Virus record (IMG/VR): IMGVR_UViG_3300030376_006036
Location: 1 to 41,074 of that record
Length of the DNA: 41,074 nucleotides
Direction: 5' to 3' (one strand)
DNA from: a virus
Taxonomy: Duplodnaviria; Caudoviricetes
In this document: piece by piece, positions 9,930 to 19,228 of the stretch
Position numbering within the stretch: the first letter of the stretch is position 1
Layout: the number at the start of each line of letters is the position of its first letter
Notes under the pieces: generated by a model
The model's database searches: none
The model's input: only the letters and a program-made list of their open reading frames with translations
What the model was told of the DNA's origin: nothing
Made by a program: the position numbers and the translations under genes

Positions 9930-11150
9930 TTACGCTGTCCTAATATAAATTTCTTGATCGTCTGTATCAACCCACATTTCACCTACACCGTAATCACCAT
10001 CAGAAGTAGTTGGTGAGGCAGTTGATGTCTTTACTGTACTAACAAATTGAAGTGGAGTTACTGCAACTGCATTTGATGCTACAGTTTTAGATACTGCCCA
10101 TCTTTCTTGTTGAATGTCATGATAAAAAGCAGATCCGGTGTCAACTGCTGCACCATGCTGTACAACTAACCCAGCATCAACATTTGCTCCAGCAGAACCA
10201 GTTGCTGCAAATATAAATTGGTCACCTACTGCTAAGTTTGTTGTTGATAAAGTTGTTGTACTACCATTGACAACCAAGTCACCTTGTATTGTTGCATTAG
10301 TGGAAACAGTTAAAGCACCTGTAATGTCTACACCAGATGAATCTACTCTCATCTTTTCTGCGTTACCCGCATCAAATACGATTACATCATCCGAAGTAAA
10401 ATCAATAGTTGTATCACTACTAGCTCTTCCGATAACTAAACCTGTATTTAAAATACTTTGTACCGAAGTAATATTCGCATCTAAATCAAAGGTAACTGTA
10501 TCCGAACCGGCATTTGTTGTAATTTTTAAACCATCGGAAGATGAAGCAAAAGTTAATGTATCAGAATTTGAATCTGCTACAATATTAGTTTGTCCACCAA
10601 CAGCCACCGTACTGAATATATTACTACCAATGGTCGAGTTTGTACTTAAATCTAAACTATTACCATCACCAACAAATGAACCTGTAAATGAACCAGTTAT
10701 TTTACTAGCTGCCACAGTTGAGTCATTTACTAATATATCTACAGTTGCATTTCCGGTATTGAGTGTCGAAGTTCCATTATCAATGTTACCAAACCCACTT
10801 GCTATTGTACCAGCTCCAAGTGTACCTACTGATGTTATTTGTGTTTGTGAAGCATCAACATTGATTACCAATGTTCCATCACCTGTAACGGCTGTTAAGC
10901 CAGTACCCGCTACATCAGATGCTGCTTCAACTGCTGGACCATTAGTTCCACCGACTATAATACTTCCGTTAGTTGTTAAGGCAAGTGAACCCACTGCATC
11001 AGTTCCACTATCTTGCGATATTAGAACTGCTTTGTCCGTCAAAGACGATGCACCAAGACCACCTTGTGCTACTGGTAACGCAGTGTCTAATTGCAAAGAA
11101 GCGAGTTCTGCAGCCGAACCACTTACAATTACTTTTTTCCAATTTGCCAT
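9930..11150 (-). CDS. Virion structural / fibre-like protein (406 aa)
   Basis: The N-terminus MANWKKVIVSGS is paralogous to MPSWKKVITSGS of the 2601-aa fibre. It contains a GDLVVNGSTTTLSTTNL module also found in the right-hand fibre. GGAG upstream. Confidence 0.75.
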   Translation of the reverse strand: MANWKKVIVSGSAAELASLQLDTALPVAQGGLGASSLTDKAVLISQDSGTDAVGSLALTTNGSIIVGGTNGPAVEAASDVAGTGLTAVTGDGTLVINVDASQTQITSVGTLGAGTIASGFGNIDNGTSTLNTGNATVDILVNDSTVAASKITGSFTGSFVGDGNSLDLSTNSTIGSNIFSTVAVGGQTNIVADSNSDTLTFASSSDGLKITTNAGSDTVTFDLDANITSVQSILNTGLVIGRASSDTTIDFTSDDVIVFDAGNAEKMRVDSSGVDITGALTVSTNATIQGDLVVNGSTTTLSTTNLAVGDQFIFAATGSAGANVDAGLVVQHGAAVDTGSAFYHDIQQERWAVSKTVASNAVAVTPLQFVSTVKTSTASPTTSDGDYGVGEMWVDTDDQEIYIRTA

Positions 11151-11180
11151 TTTACTTCTCCCTAAATGATATCATCTAAT

Positions 11181-11189
11181 TATAAATAT
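11181..11189 (-). promoter_or_regulatory. Putative late-promoter motif ATATTTATA (coding strand)
   Basis: TATAAATAT on the + strand in the intergenic gap; recurs in seven gaps. Confidence 0.55.
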
Positions 11190-11201
11190 CAGTTTTTTAA
11201 A

Positions 11202-11591
11202 TTATGAATCGAATCCAAGATACCATTCATCATCTGTATCGTAATAAATTCCCCCAGCTACCGCAGTAGGTGGAGTTGATTGTCCATTCAAAACTACAAA
11301 CCCATCTCCAACTCTGAATACTAAATCATCACTACTATTATGTACTCTTAGTAAGTCTGTTGAATCGCTTGATTTAAATGTAAATTTTGAACCCGTAAAT
11401 GTATTAGTACCGCTTGATTCTTGCCAAATACTACTACCATATCTAAACAATGTATTTAAATTTAAAGCGCCAAACGAAGCAGTTCCACTAGCACTAACCG
11501 CACTACCAGTTATATTACCTGATATATCTTTTCCATCTACTATTGAAAAATCACCAGCTGGTACAAATTGTCCTGTTACTTTTACGCTCAT
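11202..11591 (-). CDS. Small virion-associated protein (129 aa)
   Basis: Ser/Gly-rich (ISGNITGSAVSASGTASFG, a degenerate copy of the fibre linker) with a C-terminal GGIYY..WYLG motif; lies within the structural cluster. Confidence 0.7.
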   Translation of the reverse strand: MSVKVTGQFVPAGDFSIVDGKDISGNITGSAVSASGTASFGALNLNTLFRYGSSIWQESSGTNTFTGSKFTFKSSDSTDLLRVHNSSDDLVFRVGDGFVVLNGQSTPPTAVAGGIYYDTDDEWYLGFDS

Positions 11592-11601
11592 TTTACTTTC
11601 C

Positions 11602-12855
11602 TTATACTGTATCTACTAATACAGTAGCATTAGTCATTGTTAATAAATTAGTCGACCTATACACACTATAGTCTTCTTGGAATCCAACAGCATTCGTTAC
11701 TGTGACATCTGACTGTTGGTTGAAACTAAAAGGAAGATTTGTACTGTTATCCTTTAGTTGATAGTCTGTATCATTATCTCCATATCTGGCTGGTATTGCA
11801 ACTATTACAAATTGGCTTGTAAATGAACCAACCGATAGTGTGTTACCTGTTACAGAACCATCATCATATGAAGTGTTTTTGTTTGTCAATGCTTCTACAC
11901 TAGCTTCGTTATTAGTCCACGATGAACCAGTACCCCAGTAAATATAATTTCTTATCTGGTTATTAGTACTAGTCACAAAGGTAGTGGAATGTGCATCTAT
12001 ATTTTGTTCCTTACTAGCATATACAAAATAGTTTTCTGTATATCCAGCAGTATTAAGATAACTTACTGTTTCTCTCAAAGGCGTTTTAGTGGTAGCATCT
12101 GTTCTATCCATAGCAACAGTCAATCTATTTGGATTATTACCACAATATACTTGTGTAACATTTGTATCACCTGTTCTATGTGCAAATGCTAAATGGTTAG
12201 AGCTACCAATAGATAATCCGGAAAGTGTTCGTGTTGTATCAGTACCCGTAATACTATTAGCTGCTGCTAGTGTTCTTATATCTGCTTGATTGAATCCGTT
12301 GTTTTTACTCAACTCTCCGTAAACAAATTGGTTTCTAAAATATATTCTTTGGTCTGTAAAATCATCACTGGTATCACTTCCAGCAGAAGCAAATAATTTG
12401 AATCTTATATCATCGTTAGGACTTGGTGGATAAGTAATTATCATCGGATTAGTACCTAAAGTAAAACTCGAACTCAATGGAAACATATCATAGGAGCTAC
12501 TTACTGAACCATCTACGAAACCTTGAATTTTTGGTGCTCCTTCAGCACTACCATTAAACCCATCAGGTGGGCCGTTGTTATATGATGCGGTAAATTGAAG
12601 TTCTCCAATTGCCTTCCACGATCCTGTTCCAATTAATTGTGGCGAAGTTGAGTCATTCATATCAAAATCAGCTATTGTAAATACAAATGTCGTTCCTTCG
12701 TCAGCAGCTACAAATTTATTTCCATTAAATTTCAGTACTTGGTCACGACTTACAGTTAGTAAATCAAGTTCTCTTTTATTTACAGAAAGTGAACCGCTTA
12801 CTGCAAATGAACCAGTTAATTTTGGATTTAATTGTCTACTGTGTATTAGTGCCAT
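11602..12855 (-). CDS. Putative virion structural protein (417 aa) with internally duplicated beta-rich domain
   Basis: N-terminal LTGSFAVSGSL. Two similar units: RNQFVYG...GYTENYFVYAS and RNYIYWG...GFQEDYSVYRS. Confidence 0.7.
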   Translation of the reverse strand: MALIHSRQLNPKLTGSFAVSGSLSVNKRELDLLTVSRDQVLKFNGNKFVAADEGTTFVFTIADFDMNDSTSPQLIGTGSWKAIGELQFTASYNNGPPDGFNGSAEGAPKIQGFVDGSVSSSYDMFPLSSSFTLGTNPMIITYPPSPNDDIRFKLFASAGSDTSDDFTDQRIYFRNQFVYGELSKNNGFNQADIRTLAAANSITGTDTTRTLSGLSIGSSNHLAFAHRTGDTNVTQVYCGNNPNRLTVAMDRTDATTKTPLRETVSYLNTAGYTENYFVYASKEQNIDAHSTTFVTSTNNQIRNYIYWGTGSSWTNNEASVEALTNKNTSYDDGSVTGNTLSVGSFTSQFVIVAIPARYGDNDTDYQLKDNSTNLPFSFNQQSDVTVTNAVGFQEDYSVYRSTNLLTMTNATVLVDTV

Positions 12856-13114
12856 ATGTTATCTCTTTTTCTTTCCTATCTACCCACCAACTTGAAATAG
12901 ATTTAGATATCTTTTTCTTATGTTGTGTAGTTTTAGGTTGTTTCATTTTGTCAATCGTATCCATAGTAAGCTTTCTATCTGATTGGGCACAAGATTTACA
13001 AACTGAATTATTACCAACTGCTCTATCAAAAGAATCTTTTCTAGAATATGTTAGTACTTTTCCACAATCTGGACAAGGTCTATTTTTTCGATTCTTCCAA
13101 TGTCTTTTCCTCAT
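12836..13114 (-). CDS. Basic zinc-ribbon protein with NUMOD3-like motif (92 aa)
   Basis: CPDC...CKSC zinc ligands followed by RKLTMDTIDKMKQPKTTQHKKKISKS, which resembles NUMOD3 DNA-binding repeats of homing endonucleases. No nuclease motif is visible. Confidence 0.6.
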   Translation of the reverse strand: MRKRHWKNRKNRPCPDCGKVLTYSRKDSFDRAVGNNSVCKSCAQSDRKLTMDTIDKMKQPKTTQHKKKISKSISSWWVDRKEKEITYGTNTQ

Positions 13115-13117
13115 AGT

Positions 13118-13126
13118 AATAAATAT
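13118..13126 (-). promoter_or_regulatory. Putative late-promoter motif ATATTTATT
   Basis: AATAAATAT on the + strand, 3 nt from the ATG at 13114. Confidence 0.45.
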
Positions 13127-13153
13127 AAAGAAATGGTAAAAGAAAAGTGGAAT

Positions 13154-14695
13154 TTACGAATTAAATTTACCTTGAGCTATTATTTCATCATCAGATTCTA
13201 AAGAATAACCTATACTGTTTGTATCAATTAATAAAAGAAAGGTTGAACCGGTTTGTTTTATTGTCAATGCATCGTGTTCCATATACTGACCATTGATAAA
13301 AAATAAAAAGTCCTGTTCATTTGTTGTGGTAATACCCGTTGGTGCTGAAGCTGTTACGGCAGTAAAGCTTGCTGTAGATGGAATTGTAATTGAAGTTGCT
13401 TTTTTTACAAAGTTTTTTCTAAGATAATTATTAGTATCTGTGGTTGATACCCCACCTATGGCTAATGAACCCGTTACATCTAATGAACCGGTAAACCTAT
13501 GTTTATCATCTAAAGTATCTCCAAATATATTAGAACCACTGGCAAAAGAAGTTGTCATGTGAGTTACGGAAGAGGAAACGATATAATTTTCTGCTATTAT
13601 ATCTCCTTGTACAACCCAATCTGTATTTACTTGTGCTTTTCCATCCTCTCTCTGTGAAATTTCAAATGATGTCGGACCTATATGAAGAGTATTTGAAGCA
13701 CTTACGTTATTAAACTGAACTGTACTTGTGGTTCCAACATCTTGTCCTATTGCAAAAGAAAAATTACCTTCGGATGTTCCATCAAATGTACTACCACCAC
13801 CTATTGTTACTCCAGTTCCAGCGGTAAAATTAATTGGATTTTCTAAACCACCACCACCGGCTGCTCCAGCTTGCTGCACACTTATGTTAACATCTTGTCC
13901 GGTTTTCGTTATTGCTCCTAAATCAATAGATACATCATCACCGATAAGAATTCTCTTCGGAGTCATTTTTTTCTGAGTGGTAACTACTTTACTAAATTCT
14001 TCAGGTAATAAATAACCATTCATAGTTACAGAGAAAGTTGTTTTAATAATTCTTTCCTGATTTACATTAACTTCACTAGCATCTGTATAATTATCTATCT
14101 GTGTTCTAAATTTAAATTTACCATCTTCACCCCAATAAGCTCCTTCTGAATAAATTAATTTTTCAACAATAGAATTCATTTGCTCTGTATACGAAGTCCA
14201 TATTACAAAATCATAACTTAACTTTACATAATCAGGTACCGGTACTGCGTATAATTCTCTAGTAGGATTTAGTCCTTGTTGAACCGAAAATTTATCATAT
14301 CTGTTCTTATCAGAATATTGTTTTTGAAAAGTATATTGTAACTGTGGATCTTGTGGATTTAATTTATCAACAGCTAAATCATTATCTTTTTCTATAGATG
14401 TTCTTTTAAATGCAATCAAAGGTATTATCAATTGCTTCTTATTATCGTAAAGAAATCCTCTTTTCTGTACCATAGACCATCTTTCAGGATTAGCATACAT
14501 AATAGGTACTTTAATCATTTCTCCATTTTCAACTACCTGAGGTTTTATTACATTATTGAAATAAAACATGATGGTTGCATCTATATCCATTAACCCTATG
14601 GAAAAGTTTTTTACTTCATCATCTTTTCTTGATTTTTTGAAACCACGATTGAAATCTTTCCTTTTCGAACGAGGTATTGGTTTTTCACGAGCCAT
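13154..14695 (-). CDS. T4 gp15-like tail completion/terminator protein fused to a fibre-like C-terminal extension
   Basis: IKVPIMYANPERW, IIPLIAFKR and PVPDYVKLSYDFVIWTSYTEQMNSIVEKL resemble gp15 motifs, and the gene follows gp13 and gp14. The ATG at 14695 overlaps the upstream TGA and AGGAG lies at 14706-14702, so the track's TTG start at 14698 is less likely. Confidence 0.7.
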   Translation of the reverse strand: MAREKPIPRSKRKDFNRGFKKSRKDDEVKNFSIGLMDIDATIMFYFNNVIKPQVVENGEMIKVPIMYANPERWSMVQKRGFLYDNKKQLIIPLIAFKRTSIEKDNDLAVDKLNPQDPQLQYTFQKQYSDKNRYDKFSVQQGLNPTRELYAVPVPDYVKLSYDFVIWTSYTEQMNSIVEKLIYSEGAYWGEDGKFKFRTQIDNYTDASEVNVNQERIIKTTFSVTMNGYLLPEEFSKVVTTQKKMTPKRILIGDDVSIDLGAITKTGQDVNISVQQAGAAGGGGLENPINFTAGTGVTIGGGSTFDGTSEGNFSFAIGQDVGTTSTVQFNNVSASNTLHIGPTSFEISQREDGKAQVNTDWVVQGDIIAENYIVSSSVTHMTTSFASGSNIFGDTLDDKHRFTGSLDVTGSLAIGGVSTTDTNNYLRKNFVKKATSITIPSTASFTAVTASAPTGITTTNEQDFLFFINGQYMEHDALTIKQTGSTFLLLIDTNSIGYSLESDDEIIAQGKFNS

Positions 14696-15183
14696 CAAAT
14701 ACTCCTAACTCTTTCTATTTGTATAGAGCTTTTTCTAACTAAAAATGTTGTTGCAATTACTGAATAGTTTTGATCGAACATTCCACCTATCAATTGGTTT
14801 TCATTTATAGAACCTACTTCAAAATATCCATAGTTCCATTCGATTAAATCACCTATTTCTAATACCACACTGCTATCTATAAAGGATTGTCTTAAAAATG
14901 CAAATGACGCGTTTTGTCTATTGTCAACACTAAAATCATCCTGATTGTAATCAAAATCTTCAGCGTTTACTAAACAATTCATTTGAACACCATCTTTATA
15001 AATTTTATTTCCAGCATCACTTTCACCATACATATTTGTAGCTGATAAAGAAAGTGAAGGTTTATAAATCACTACTTCTTGATTTATAATACCATCTTTA
15101 TTATTTTTTTTATCACCCACAAGTTCTTTTGTAATCCTAGTTATTAAGTCTACATCTTTTTGTGGTAAGAATCTTCCAGCCAT
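14695..15183 (-). CDS. Neck / head-completion protein, T4 gp14-like (162 aa)
   Basis: Lies between the gp13-like and gp15-like genes; motifs INQEVVIYK, TNMYGES and EIGDLIEWNYGYFEV fit gp14-type head-closure proteins. Confidence 0.65.
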   Translation of the reverse strand: MAGRFLPQKDVDLITRITKELVGDKKNNKDGIINQEVVIYKPSLSLSATNMYGESDAGNKIYKDGVQMNCLVNAEDFDYNQDDFSVDNRQNASFAFLRQSFIDSSVVLEIGDLIEWNYGYFEVGSINENQLIGGMFDQNYSVIATTFLVRKSSIQIERVRSI

Positions 15184-15187
15184 CTTT

Positions 15188-16348
15188 CTATCCTATGTAT
15201 ATTGGATAAGGAACTTTTTGTAATTTTTCTTGTAAAAATTCTGCCTCATCCTTATCAGCTTCTAATAATGATTTTCTACTTGTTTGTTCTAAGATTTCTC
15301 TAAGCTGAGTCATTAAAAATTCTTTTTCAGTTGAAGCCTCAGTTCTAAGTGTATCCCCATCCAAAGTAGTTTCTGCATTTGGAATTGGTAATGAATTATA
15401 CTTACTTCTTATCTGCCCTAGTAATTCTTTACACAAAGCAAGTGCATATTTTTTAATCCATTGTTTTCCTACATCATTGATAAATTTAAACTGCATGTTA
15501 TCATATGGTGCGTTCGATATATCAGATACAACACCTGTTACCTTTCCTTGTGCAGTATTATTCCTATCATCTTTCAATAGATAATTAAAATGTAATTTAT
15601 AATTTTCTGTCGGTGGGGGAAATATCCTTAGCTTATTATTTACTAACTCAAAAGAGTATGCAGATTTTCTTATTTGGTCGTTAAATTCTATTGCCTGTAC
15701 TTTGAGTATATCCGCATACATCGGCATCATCATAAATTGTACAGCAGGTGAAAATTTTCCAAAACCAAAAGAATCTAACATATTATAAGAACCATCGCCT
15801 GTTCCAGCATATGGATCGAAATATCTTGTAATAGCAGGAGAACCTTCGTAAAATACTTTTCTGATTTCAATACCCGAACCAGATTGTGCTACACTTTCAC
15901 TTACTTGTGCCCAAGCATTTAAATCATACACCTGTGAACCACTTACTACATTTATAGAACCACTCTTAAAATCAATAGTACCACCGACTCCAGCCTCAGT
16001 ACCATACTGTTCAGATAACTGTATTGCCCTACCGAAAGTTGGTGTTACTTTTGTATGAGTTATATTAGAACCTGTAGACTGTCCTTGTAAAGATAAAATA
16101 TTATCTTTAATATTGAATTGATTTACTTGTGCACTATATTCTGTAATGGATTCTTCGTAGCAAGCATAAAATTGTGATTCTTGCAATTCTATAGCAACTA
16201 TTGGATATCCTAGTCTTTTTGCAGCCCAATTAGAGAATTTATCAACCGAATGATTACCTGAACCAGAAAACTCTGTATCTGTATCGTAAAATCCGTATGG
16301 TGTTTCTCCTGGTGAAAAAGAACTACTTCCTGGCCAAATTACTTCCAT
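15188..16348 (-). CDS. Neck / head-tail adaptor protein, T4 gp13-like (386 aa)
   Basis: KRLGYPIVAIELQESQFYACYEESITEY and WIKKYALALCKELLGQIRSKY..PIP...LDGDTLRTEA match the gp13 N- and C-terminal motifs. AGGAG at 16360-16356. Confidence 0.85.
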   Translation of the reverse strand: MEVIWPGSSSFSPGETPYGFYDTDTEFSGSGNHSVDKFSNWAAKRLGYPIVAIELQESQFYACYEESITEYSAQVNQFNIKDNILSLQGQSTGSNITHTKVTPTFGRAIQLSEQYGTEAGVGGTIDFKSGSINVVSGSQVYDLNAWAQVSESVAQSGSGIEIRKVFYEGSPAITRYFDPYAGTGDGSYNMLDSFGFGKFSPAVQFMMMPMYADILKVQAIEFNDQIRKSAYSFELVNNKLRIFPPPTENYKLHFNYLLKDDRNNTAQGKVTGVVSDISNAPYDNMQFKFINDVGKQWIKKYALALCKELLGQIRSKYNSLPIPNAETTLDGDTLRTEASTEKEFLMTQLREILEQTSRKSLLEADKDEAEFLQEKLQKVPYPIYIG

Positions 16349-16380
16349 TATTTTTCTCCTAAAGTATATAGATATTCAAT

Positions 16381-16389
16381 AATAAATAT
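16381..16389 (-). promoter_or_regulatory. Putative late-promoter motif ATATTTATT
   Basis: Lies directly downstream of the capsid-gene terminator and upstream of gp13, where a new promoter would be needed. Confidence 0.55.
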
Positions 16390-16395
16390 AAGATA

Positions 16396-16430
16396 AACAA
16401 AAAAAGGGGAAGTAAACACTTCCCCTTTTT
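16396..16430 (-). terminator. Rho-independent terminator after the major capsid gene
   Basis: Perfect 13-bp inverted repeat AAAAAGGGGAAGT-(4 nt)-ACTTCCCCTTTTT (16401-16430) followed by a T-tract on the minus strand; potentially bidirectional. Confidence 0.9.
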
Positions 16431-16456
16431 AAGTAATAAGATTAATTGATATTCAA

Positions 16457-18121
16457 TTAAACTTGATCGATGTCTGCGACAATGACTTTTCCATAGAATT
16501 CTGGACGAACCATCTTCTTTGCATATCGAGTCATTACTCCACGACGAGGTGTGAAGTTCTGAGGATCGTATACTAATGGAGTCATAATCATTGGTACATA
16601 TGGAGCATATACAGCACCGGTTTCTAAGAAATTACTTCCTCTGAAACCTACCAATATATCATTAGCAGTCATGTATGGGTTCTTATAAACAGTATATCTG
16701 TTATTAATAGAACCAACAGCTTCAACACCCATAGCATATGTCTTAGCAGATGCATCACCTGTGTTAGCCATATATCCACTTACAGATTCTAAGATTGTAG
16801 CAGTTTCAGGAGAAACAACAACAAAATTAGCACCACCACGTAGTGTTTTCTGATGGATAGCATTAGACACAGATTGTATCTTAATACCTAATGTTTGATA
16901 CCAAGAAGACTTAGTATAAGCATTAGATGCACCACTTATTTCAGACCATGCAGGAGCACCTGTTCCTGATCCGTTATACTCAAATCCAACTTTAGCTGAC
17001 CAGTATGCAGTCTTAGCTGAAGCATTTAGTGCTAACATATCTAGGATTTCTAAATCGATTTCCATAGCGATGTATTCACTTAACATTGCTGTTAATTCTG
17101 CTTCTGCATCAACTGAATGATAAGCATTTAAGTCTTGAGCTAACTCAGGAGTCCAAACAGCTTTCAACTTACGAGTCTTAGCAACGATTGGAATTGATCT
17201 TAACTGAATGTCTACTTCAGGAATCTGAAGATCATCAGCAGCAGCTGGACCAGGTACGGTGAATGAATCTTGTTCAAAATCACCACGTGCTGTTGCAGTT
17301 GGCTGTTGATGGTACATTACAGATGCTGTAGCAGTTGTGTCTACCATTGCAATATTATCATCAGCTGTGTAAGCTTCACCATGCTGTACTATAAAAGATA
17401 CATCACCGTTATTAGCTACAGTTGTATACTGAGGGAAAATTGCATCGATGAAAGAACCACTTACTTCCCAAGCTTTTGCACCGTCATTGTCAGCATTTGT
17501 AAATGCAGCTGAATCAACTGTTAACTTAGATAAGTTACCAGCAGATAAAGAAGCACTTAGGCTTGGTTCGAATTCTAACTCTTTCCATGTTGGATGTGTT
17601 AAACTGAACGTACCATTTGCAACAACAGAACCTGAGATTTGAATTGCAGTTACTTTATCGTTAATTGAATATCCAGATTTACCAGATCCGTAAAGACCTT
17701 GTGCAGGATCGCCTGAACCTGAAGTCACACCAAACACATCTGTGTTCTGTGTGTGATTTGCTTGGTTGGCAGAACCATATTTAAAATCAAGATAAAAGAT
17801 TAGACCAGAAGGTAAATTCATAGGCTGAACACTAACAAACTCTTGTGCTGAAATTTCACCAAAGATTCTACGAACCAATGGTAAAGCAACACCAGACCAT
17901 TCTTCTCTAGATCCACCAGTACCTGTACCCGAAGCTTCCTTAATAAGCTGAGTTGCCTGGTTTTCTAAAAGAACAGCCATTCCTGTTTTCTTAGTGGGTT
18001 CACTTATGTCATCTAACAATCCGGTTGGCTCCCATTTATCGACTAACTTACGAGTCTGAGCTAGGAGCTCTTGATGAGGGTTGTGTCCACCCATCAAATC
18101 GTTAATATTTAAGTCTGACAT
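16457..18121 (-). CDS. Major capsid protein, T4 gp23-like (554 aa)
   Basis: Motifs LLENQ, LPLVRR, VQPMNLPSGLIFYL, KTRKLKAVWTPELAQDLNAYHSVDAEAEL..MLS..IAMEIDLEI and YAPYVP...DPQNFTPRRGVMTRY. Probable maturation site IKE62/A63. Confidence 0.97.
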   Translation of the reverse strand: MSDLNINDLMGGHNPHQELLAQTRKLVDKWEPTGLLDDISEPTKKTGMAVLLENQATQLIKEASGTGTGGSREEWSGVALPLVRRIFGEISAQEFVSVQPMNLPSGLIFYLDFKYGSANQANHTQNTDVFGVTSGSGDPAQGLYGSGKSGYSINDKVTAIQISGSVVANGTFSLTHPTWKELEFEPSLSASLSAGNLSKLTVDSAAFTNADNDGAKAWEVSGSFIDAIFPQYTTVANNGDVSFIVQHGEAYTADDNIAMVDTTATASVMYHQQPTATARGDFEQDSFTVPGPAAADDLQIPEVDIQLRSIPIVAKTRKLKAVWTPELAQDLNAYHSVDAEAELTAMLSEYIAMEIDLEILDMLALNASAKTAYWSAKVGFEYNGSGTGAPAWSEISGASNAYTKSSWYQTLGIKIQSVSNAIHQKTLRGGANFVVVSPETATILESVSGYMANTGDASAKTYAMGVEAVGSINNRYTVYKNPYMTANDILVGFRGSNFLETGAVYAPYVPMIMTPLVYDPQNFTPRRGVMTRYAKKMVRPEFYGKVIVADIDQV

Positions 18122-18135
18122 TTTATGTCTCCCAA

Positions 18136-19203
18136 TTAAATAAGGTTAGCTAACTTCTTAAACCTATCTCTCAAATCGTTACTTTCAGTAATTACTTCTT
18201 TTTCAGATTTGGTAGACGCGACTGGCTTTGAAGCAGCTCCCTTAGATTCATTAATTTCATTTTTTCTAGAACCAAAAGACTCACCAAGTGTAGAATAAAC
18301 TAACTTGACTTCTCTAAGGTTACTAGCTCTATCGAATTGCTCAACGACTTTCATCTTCTGTTCGTTATTCAAACCATACTTTCTGAATAGTTTGTTTGTA
18401 AACAAAAGTTTAGCATTTAGCAAGTTAACTTCATTTAGCTTTACACGAAGGTCCTCAATGACAGAACGATGTTCTTTAAGATCTGATTGTAGTTTTGAAA
18501 CTTCATCCATTTCTTTTTCTTCATCTTCTTCTTCAGAAAGTGCTTTCAATACTTCTTCAAGATCTACATCTTCATCCATATCTTCTTTATCTTCACCTTC
18601 TTTTAGTTTTGCTTTTCCATCATTTCCGATTCCTGAAGAATCACCGGCTTTCTTATCAAGCTTATTATCAGATTTTCCAATACCTGAAGATACATCATTT
18701 TCATCAACGGTTTCATCCATCTCTTCTTCTTCTTCTTCATTTATTTCTGATTCTAGCTCTTTAATAACAGCTTCCAAATCAAGATCTTGATTTTCATCCA
18801 TCTCTTCATCTTCTTCTTCTGTTACCTCTTCCATTTCTTCTTCTTCTTCGGATACTACAGGTGCATACTTAACACCATCGATTTCAATCACGTTTGACTC
18901 ATCCATCTCATCTTCTTTTTCTTCATCCATCTCATCTTCGTCACCACGTTCTTCGAGTTCATCACCGTCACGATACATTTTAGAACGTTCTTCCATTTCA
19001 TCGTCACCACGTTCCTCGAGTTCATCTTCCATCTCTTCGTTTTCCATCTCATCTTCATCTTCCATTTCTGTCTGAATCTTTTTTGATAGCATGTTCTGTA
19101 GTTTAGGTGTGAAAGCCTCTTCTAAAGCTAACTTTGCATTTTCTAAAGCTGTTTCACGAACTGCTTTAGCGTCAGCAATTGCTTCTTTTAAGAGATCATC
19201 CAT
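18136..19203 (-). CDS. Prohead core / scaffolding protein (gp22-like position, 355 aa)
   Basis: Extremely acidic, coiled-coil, immediately upstream of the capsid gene. C-terminus ITESNDLRDRFKKLANL; many x-x-E protease sites; AGGAG at 19215-19211. Confidence 0.8.
   Translation of the reverse strand: MDDLLKEAIADAKAVRETALENAKLALEEAFTPKLQNMLSKKIQTEMEDEDEMENEEMEDELEERGDDEMEERSKMYRDGDELEERGDEDEMDEEKEDEMDESNVIEIDGVKYAPVVSEEEEEMEEVTEEEDEEMDENQDLDLEAVIKELESEINEEEEEEMDETVDENDVSSGIGKSDNKLDKKAGDSSGIGNDGKAKLKEGEDKEDMDEDVDLEEVLKALSEEEDEEKEMDEVSKLQSDLKEHRSVIEDLRVKLNEVNLLNAKLLFTNKLFRKYGLNNEQKMKVVEQFDRASNLREVKLVYSTLGESFGSRKNEINESKGAASKPVASTKSEKEVITESNDLRDRFKKLANLI
18938..19026 (-). repeat. 26-bp direct repeat inside the scaffold gene (DELEERGD twice)
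   Basis: 18938-18963 and 19001-19026 differ at one base. Confidence 0.85.
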
Positions 19204-19228
19204 TATTATTCTCCTATTTAGGATTTAG

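Noticed and set aside
10138-11169. 343-aa plus-strand ORF and the other plus-strand ORFs in the track
   Set aside because: They are antisense shadows of well-supported minus-strand genes with biased codon use, and show no recognisable motifs.
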